A DNA stretch of 48,605 bases from Steroidobacteraceae bacterium. Lineage in GTDB: Bacteria > Pseudomonadota > Gammaproteobacteria > Steroidobacterales > Steroidobacteraceae. Of the stretch, positions 44,486 to 48,605 are shown in pieces. Positions within the stretch are counted from its first letter, which is position 1; every line of letters starts with the position of its first letter. Location of the stretch: positions 1 to 48,605 of the forward strand of contig DASWEO010000143.1 of NCBI GenBank assembly GCA_036394715.1, in the 5' to 3' direction. The notes beneath the pieces are model-generated. The model made no database searches. It was not told the origin of the DNA and worked only from the letters and a program-made list of their open reading frames with translations. Made by a program: the position numbers and the translations under genes.

Positions 44486-45411
44486 ATCGATACCTGACCC
44501 TGGCCGTCTGCCAGACCGGCCCCATCCAGCGCAGCGCCTCGCGCACCGAGACGGTGAGCCGGCTGATGCATCTTCTCGAGAGCGCCGCGAAAGCGGGCGC
44601 GGAACTCGCCGTCTTCCCTGAACTGGCGTTGACCACGTTCTTCCCTCGCTGGCCGCTCGAGGATCAGCGCGAGATCGACTCGTTCTATGAAACGCAAATG
44701 CCGGGACCGCAGACACAACCGCTGTACGATGCGGCGCGCAGGCTCAAGATAGGTTTTGCCCTGGGCTTCGCGGAGTTCGGACGTGAGCACGGCGACCGAC
44801 GGCGCTTCAACAGCATGGATCTCGTGGGTGCGGATGGCGTGCCGATCGGACGCTATCGCAAGATGCACATACCCGGTTCCGAAGATGCGCAGGCGGGGGT
44901 CACGACCCATCTGGAGCGGCGCTATTTCGAGCCCGGCAATCTCGGTTTTCCCGTGTATGCCTACCGTGGCGTGCGTGTCGGTCTGTCATTGTGCAACGAT
45001 AGACGCTGGCCGGAAACCTATCGAATGCTGTGCCTCAACGGTGCGCAGGTGGTGCTGATAGGCTACAACACTCCTGTCGTTCTCGATGAGGCACCGGCTC
45101 TGGCGCACCTGCGCATGTTCCACAATCATCTGCCGATGCAGGCCGGCGCCTATCAAAACACCGTGTGGGTAGCGGCCGCGGCTAAAGCAGGGTTGGAGGA
45201 CGGACAAGCGTTGATCGGCGGGTCCTGCATCATCGCCCCCACCGGCGAGATCGCGGCATTGGCGATGTCCCTCGACGATGAAGTCGTGGTTCATCGCGCC
45301 GATCTGGATTTGATCGCCACGTGCCGGCGCGTGAATTTTGATTTCGCTCGCTATCGCCGGCCCGAGGAGTACGGCCTGATCGCGCAGCGCGCCGGACCCA
45401 TCACCGGATGA
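44482..45411 (+). CDS. N-carbamoyl-D-amino-acid hydrolase (D-carbamoylase, nitrilase superfamily)
   Basis: Glu-Lys-Cys triad contexts VFPELALTTFFPRW, YRKMHIPG, LCNDRRWPE, closely resembling Agrobacterium-type DCase. GTGA overlap with the ATPase gene. Confidence 0.88.
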   Translation: MNRYLTLAVCQTGPIQRSASRTETVSRLMHLLESAAKAGAELAVFPELALTTFFPRWPLEDQREIDSFYETQMPGPQTQPLYDAARRLKIGFALGFAEFGREHGDRRRFNSMDLVGADGVPIGRYRKMHIPGSEDAQAGVTTHLERRYFEPGNLGFPVYAYRGVRVGLSLCNDRRWPETYRMLCLNGAQVVLIGYNTPVVLDEAPALAHLRMFHNHLPMQAGAYQNTVWVAAAAKAGLEDGQALIGGSCIIAPTGEIAALAMSLDDEVVVHRADLDLIATCRRVNFDFARYRRPEEYGLIAQRAGPITG

Positions 45412-45459
45412 AAACCAGGCATCCGCGGTTCTTTGATCCGCCTTCGGCAGGAGAAATCA

Positions 45460-45543
45460 ATGCGTAAATCCTTGTGGGCATTGATGATAGCGACTCCTCT
45501 CGCATGCACCCTACCGCGGCAAGGTATATTCCATACTGAATAA
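45460..45543 (+). CDS. candidate 27-aa lipoprotein-like micro-ORF
   Basis: AGGAGA Shine-Dalgarno 5 nt before the ATG. MRKSLWALMIATPLAC-TLPRQGIFHTE has a lipobox-like PLAC. Codons mostly end in A/T, atypical for this genome. Not in the ORF track (under 60 aa). Confidence 0.25.
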   Translation: MRKSLWALMIATPLACTLPRQGIFHTE

Positions 45544-45660
45544 CTGACGTGACGGGAGCGGTCACCGTGACCCGCGATCCATACCAGGGGACATTGCGCC
45601 GTTGCGGCTACCGCAACCTGTACGCGCAGACGACAATATCGAAGTGGGTGCGGCTCGACC

Positions 45661-46311
45661 TCAGGCGGCTCGATTGAACTTCAACACCAGAGTCGCACAC
45701 CCGAGCAAACCCGCGCCCTCGATCCAAGCAAGCCAGCGGTTCATGCCGCTCGACACCCCGAACTTGGCCGACGCATGCAGCGCACGGTGAGCGAGCCAGC
45801 CGTAGCCCAGTAGAATGCAAAATTCCGGCAACATGGATGTCGCCGCCAAGATCACCATCTGCGGCGCGACCGACCGGACCGGATCGATGAACTGCGGCAA
45901 AAGCGCCAAAAAGAATAACAGCGCTTTGGGATTCGCGAGTTGCAGGGTGAGTGCACCCAAGTAGACACGCCGTCGGTCACCCTGCTCGACGGCCGCGGTT
46001 TCACCCAAAACCACCGCGTGACTCGAACCAGCCGAGCGCAGCGCTTTGACTCCAAGATAGATCAGGTACGCCGCACCCACCCATTTGGCAATCATAAAAA
46101 AACGCGCGCTGGCGGCGATGATCGCACCGAGACTAGTCGCCGACAGCGTGAAATAAATCGCGTTCGCGCTGATGATGCCGGCGGCCGCCGGCAGCGAGCG
46201 CCGCAGGGCGCCGCGTACGCCCTGCGATACGACATAAAACACCGCCGGACCGGGCGACAGCGACAGCGCCGTCTCCATCACCAAAAACAGGAGCCAGGTT
46301 TTGAATGTCAT
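45661..46311 (-). CDS. LysE/RhtB family amino-acid exporter
   Basis: 216 aa with about 6 TM. N-terminal LSLSPGPAVFYVVSQG motif. Confidence 0.85.
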   Translation of the reverse strand: MTFKTWLLFLVMETALSLSPGPAVFYVVSQGVRGALRRSLPAAAGIISANAIYFTLSATSLGAIIAASARFFMIAKWVGAAYLIYLGVKALRSAGSSHAVVLGETAAVEQGDRRRVYLGALTLQLANPKALLFFLALLPQFIDPVRSVAPQMVILAATSMLPEFCILLGYGWLAHRALHASAKFGVSSGMNRWLAWIEGAGLLGCATLVLKFNRAA

Positions 46312-46470
46312 GCCTACCTTCCAAATGTCCGAGTCAGGAGCTTGTGTGACTAATGATCGCCGGCCGCAGCAGGCGCATCAATAGTCAGACAGGCCCCTAG
46401 CTTACCAGCGCCGGCGGGCGCCGCAGCCAACTGATCTAGCCGACTGGCGCAGAGTGCCTCACAATAGGGG

Positions 46471-47277
46471 ATGATCAACCGAAAGCCAGTTACTCTGCAC
46501 CGCCTTCGCGAAATGCGCGCCTTGGGCGAAAAGATCGCGATGCTGACTTGCTACGACGCCGCATTTGCGCGCGTTTTGGATGAAACCGGCGTCGACTCGC
46601 TCCTCGTCGGAGACTCGCTCGGCATGGTGCTGCAGGGCCGCGCGAGCACTCTTGCCGTATCCATCGACGACATGGTTTATCACACGGGATGCGTGGTGAG
46701 GGGCAATCGCACGGCCTGGGTCATTGCCGACATGCCCTTTGGCAGCTATCAGGAATCTGCCGACGTAGCGATGCGCCACGCTGCTCTGTTGATGCAGCAG
46801 GGCGCACAGATGGTCAAACTCGAGGGCGGGGGCTGGACGGCGCCCATCGTGCGCTTCCTCGTGGATCGCGGCGTCCCTGTCTGCGCGCACTTGGGCTTCA
46901 CTCCGCAGTCGGTGCACGCGTTGGGCGGTTATCGGGTGCAGGGGCGCGACGAGGCGGCGGCCCGGGTCTTGCGCTGCCAGGCTGAGGAACTCGCCGGAGC
47001 GGGGGCGGAGCTCTTGGTGTTGGAAATGGTGCCGGCCGCCCTCGCCCGAGATTTGACGAAATCACTCTCGATTCCCGTCATCGGCATCGGCGCCGGCGTC
47101 GGCTGCAGCGGCCAGGTCCTGGTGCTGCATGACATGCTGGGACTGACGGGGGGCGAGCCGCTGCGGTTCGTGCGCAACTTTATGGATGGCAGCGCCAGTA
47201 TCGAGCTCGCCGTTCGCCAGTATGTAGCCGACGTAAAGAGCGGACGATTTCCCGACGACGCGCTCCACGGCTTCTGA
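46471..47277 (+). CDS. panB: 3-methyl-2-oxobutanoate hydroxymethyltransferase
   Basis: [30 protein letters not shown] and VKLEGG motifs. Followed by panC. Confidence 0.95.
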   Translation: MINRKPVTLHRLREMRALGEKIAMLTCYDAAFARVLDETGVDSLLVGDSLGMVLQGRASTLAVSIDDMVYHTGCVVRGNRTAWVIADMPFGSYQESADVAMRHAALLMQQGAQMVKLEGGGWTAPIVRFLVDRGVPVCAHLGFTPQSVHALGGYRVQGRDEAAARVLRCQAEELAGAGAELLVLEMVPAALARDLTKSLSIPVIGIGAGVGCSGQVLVLHDMLGLTGGEPLRFVRNFMDGSASIELAVRQYVADVKSGRFPDDALHGF

Positions 47278-47281
47278 ACGA

Positions 47282-48112
47282 ATGGCCATGCAGATAATCA
47301 AGACGGCCGCTGAATTTCGCGCGGCTCTCGAGCCCGGGCACAGGCGGGTGCTGGTGCCGACCATGGGCAACTTGCACGCGGGTCACTTGTCGCTGGTACG
47401 CATAGCGCGAGAGCGCGGCGACCTCGTGGTCGCCAGCATATTCGTCAATCGCCTGCAGTTCGCGCCGCACGAGGACTTCGCCACGTATCCGCGCACTTTC
47501 GAGCGCGATTGCGAGCTTCTCGCCGCCGCCGGCTGCGACATCGTGTTCGCGCCGGCCGAGAACGAAGTCTACCCGGAGCCTCAAGGCTACAAGGTGCATC
47601 CGCCGCCGGAGCTTGCCGATATTCTCGAGGGACAAGTGCGGCCGGGGTTCTTTACCGGTGTGTGCACGGTGGTGCTGAAGCTCTTCAACATGGTCGAGCC
47701 CGCCTTAGCCGTGTTCGGAAAGAAGGATTATCAGCAGCTCCTGGTGATCCGAAGCATGGTGCGGCAGCTGGCGCTGCCGATCGAAGTGGTCTCCGCCGAA
47801 ACCGTACGTGATCCGAGCGGGCTTGCATTGTCATCCCGCAACGGCTACTTGAACGACTTGCAGCGCGCCCAGGCGGCGCAACTGCACGCCTCATTGAGCA
47901 AGCTGGTCACTGAAGCCAAGTCCGGACGCACCGACTGGCGCGCCCTCGAGCGCGAGGCGCAAGATTCTCTGACCGCAAGAGGTTGGCAGCCGGACTATGT
48001 AGCGGTTCGGCGGCAGCGTGACCTCCGCGAAGCATCGACGGGCGAGCCGCTGGTCGTGCTGGCCGCCGCCCGCTTGAGCGGCACGCGGCTCATCGATAAT
48101 CTGGAGTTCTGA
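47282..48112 (+). CDS. panC: pantoate-beta-alanine ligase
   Basis: VPTMGNLHAGHLSLV (HxGH) and FGKKDYQQL motifs. Alternative ATG at 47288. Confidence 0.95.
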   Translation: MAMQIIKTAAEFRAALEPGHRRVLVPTMGNLHAGHLSLVRIARERGDLVVASIFVNRLQFAPHEDFATYPRTFERDCELLAAAGCDIVFAPAENEVYPEPQGYKVHPPPELADILEGQVRPGFFTGVCTVVLKLFNMVEPALAVFGKKDYQQLLVIRSMVRQLALPIEVVSAETVRDPSGLALSSRNGYLNDLQRAQAAQLHASLSKLVTEAKSGRTDWRALEREAQDSLTARGWQPDYVAVRRQRDLREASTGEPLVVLAAARLSGTRLIDNLEF

Positions 48113-48200
48113 AGTCACCGCAGTTGAGGGTCAGGTCGCCGAGCCGTTCGGTACGTTATCTTCAAGCTGGATCCGCCGGGACTCCACAGTGTCCCGCTCA

Positions 48201-48428
48201 TTACACGTTGACGATGCTGACGGTCTCGGATTCAGGATCGAATACGATCCGGGCTTCGCCCCGTTTCAGCCGGCTGATGACGTGCGCTACCTTGTCTTCC
48301 AGCGAGAATTCCTTTTCGCCGTAGTCCGTACCCTCACGCAGTACGTAAGATTCGACCACGGCGTGCAACAGATCCGCCGCGAGCTCGGTGTACGGAACAA
48401 CCACTGGCTCGGGAAGTTCGCCTTCCAC
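48201..48428 (-). CDS. yheU: YheU family protein (UPF0270)
   Basis: 75 aa. VVESYVLREGTDYGEKE...KVAHVISRLKRGEARIVFD matches the YheU core FVLREGTDYGE. GTG start. Confidence 0.8.
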   Translation of the reverse strand: MEGELPEPVVVPYTELAADLLHAVVESYVLREGTDYGEKEFSLEDKVAHVISRLKRGEARIVFDPESETVSIVNV

Positions 48429-48605
48429 TTATGCCGTCCGCCGGCGCGCGAGCCAGGTATCGAGATGCCCTGCGAAGGCATTGCGATTCGCCTGTGTGAG
48501 CGGGGGCGGGCCACCGCCGACGTTTCCGCTGGAACGCATCGTGTCCATAAAATCGCGCATGGCGAGAACTCCCCGAATGGTATCCGGCGAATAGCGCTCA
48601 CCGCG
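48429..48605 (-). CDS. 3' end of an unidentified CDS (partial, runs off the window)
   Basis: Open frame from the window edge to TAA at 48429-48431, immediately abutting the yheU start. Translation ends ...[23 protein letters not shown]. Family not recognised. Confidence 0.4.
   Translation of the reverse strand, partial: RGERYSPDTIRGVLAMRDFMDTMRSSGNVGGGPPPLTQANRNAFAGHLDTWLARRRTA

Noticed and set aside
48177-48196. Hairpin CGGGAC-tccacagt-GTCCCG between convergent panC and yheU, and hairpin GTTGCGG-cta-CCGCAAC at 45601-45617
   Set aside because: The stems are short (6-7 bp) and no U-tract sits on either strand. That is not enough to call intrinsic terminators.
48287-48601. 104-aa minus-strand ORF at the right edge
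   Set aside because: It overlaps both yheU and the partial upstream CDS in a different frame, and its translation has no recognisable features.

Overview
GC-rich proteobacterial chromosomal window. I saw no rRNA, tRNA, CRISPR array, transposase or integrase. All family calls come from reading motifs by eye; no database search was run.

Content from left to right:
(i) 1-12.3 kb, minus strand: a tightly translationally coupled Pseudomonas/Xanthomonas-style flagellar block, fliLMNOPQR-flhB-flhA-flhF-fleN-fliA-motCD. fliL is preceded by a sigma-54 (-24/-12) promoter.
(ii) 12.5-19.9 kb, minus strand: a secreted YncE-like beta-propeller, a CusRS/CopRS-like two-component pair, an M13 zinc-metallopeptidase lipoprotein and a second OmpR/HK pair.
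(iii) 20.1-33.9 kb, plus strand: mipA/ompV followed 12 nt later by a 15-gene aryl-polyene (APE)/xanthomonadin-type type II FAS-like lipid-pigment cluster. Gene order is LPLAT, GT2, ACP, membrane protein, adenylating enzyme, dehydratase, LpxL-like acyltransferase, LolA-like, MMPL exporter, alpha/beta hydrolase, NodB deacetylase, KS, CLF, dehydratase, FabG.
(iv) 34.0-35.6 kb, minus strand: an orphan fliK with its own perfect sigma-54 promoter. fliK and fliL are therefore separated by about 21.7 kb of non-flagellar genes.
(v) 35.7-45.4 kb: a D-hydantoinase / FAD oxidoreductase / RidA / peptide-type ABC importer / N-carbamoyl-D-amino-acid hydrolase island.
(vi) A small lipoprotein-like ORF, a LysE exporter, panB-panC, yheU and a partial CDS.

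Most noteworthy is the re-tailored polyene-lipid cluster. It has no in-cluster aryl-starter enzyme, thioesterase, methyltransferase or third KS, and only one ACP, but it adds GT2, a NodB deacetylase and an alpha/beta hydrolase. It is wedged, together with envelope-sensing modules, inside a flagellar locus. This cluster family is known, so novelty is limited to its composition and context. Many long ORFs in the supplied track are antisense or alternative-frame artefacts of the high GC content.
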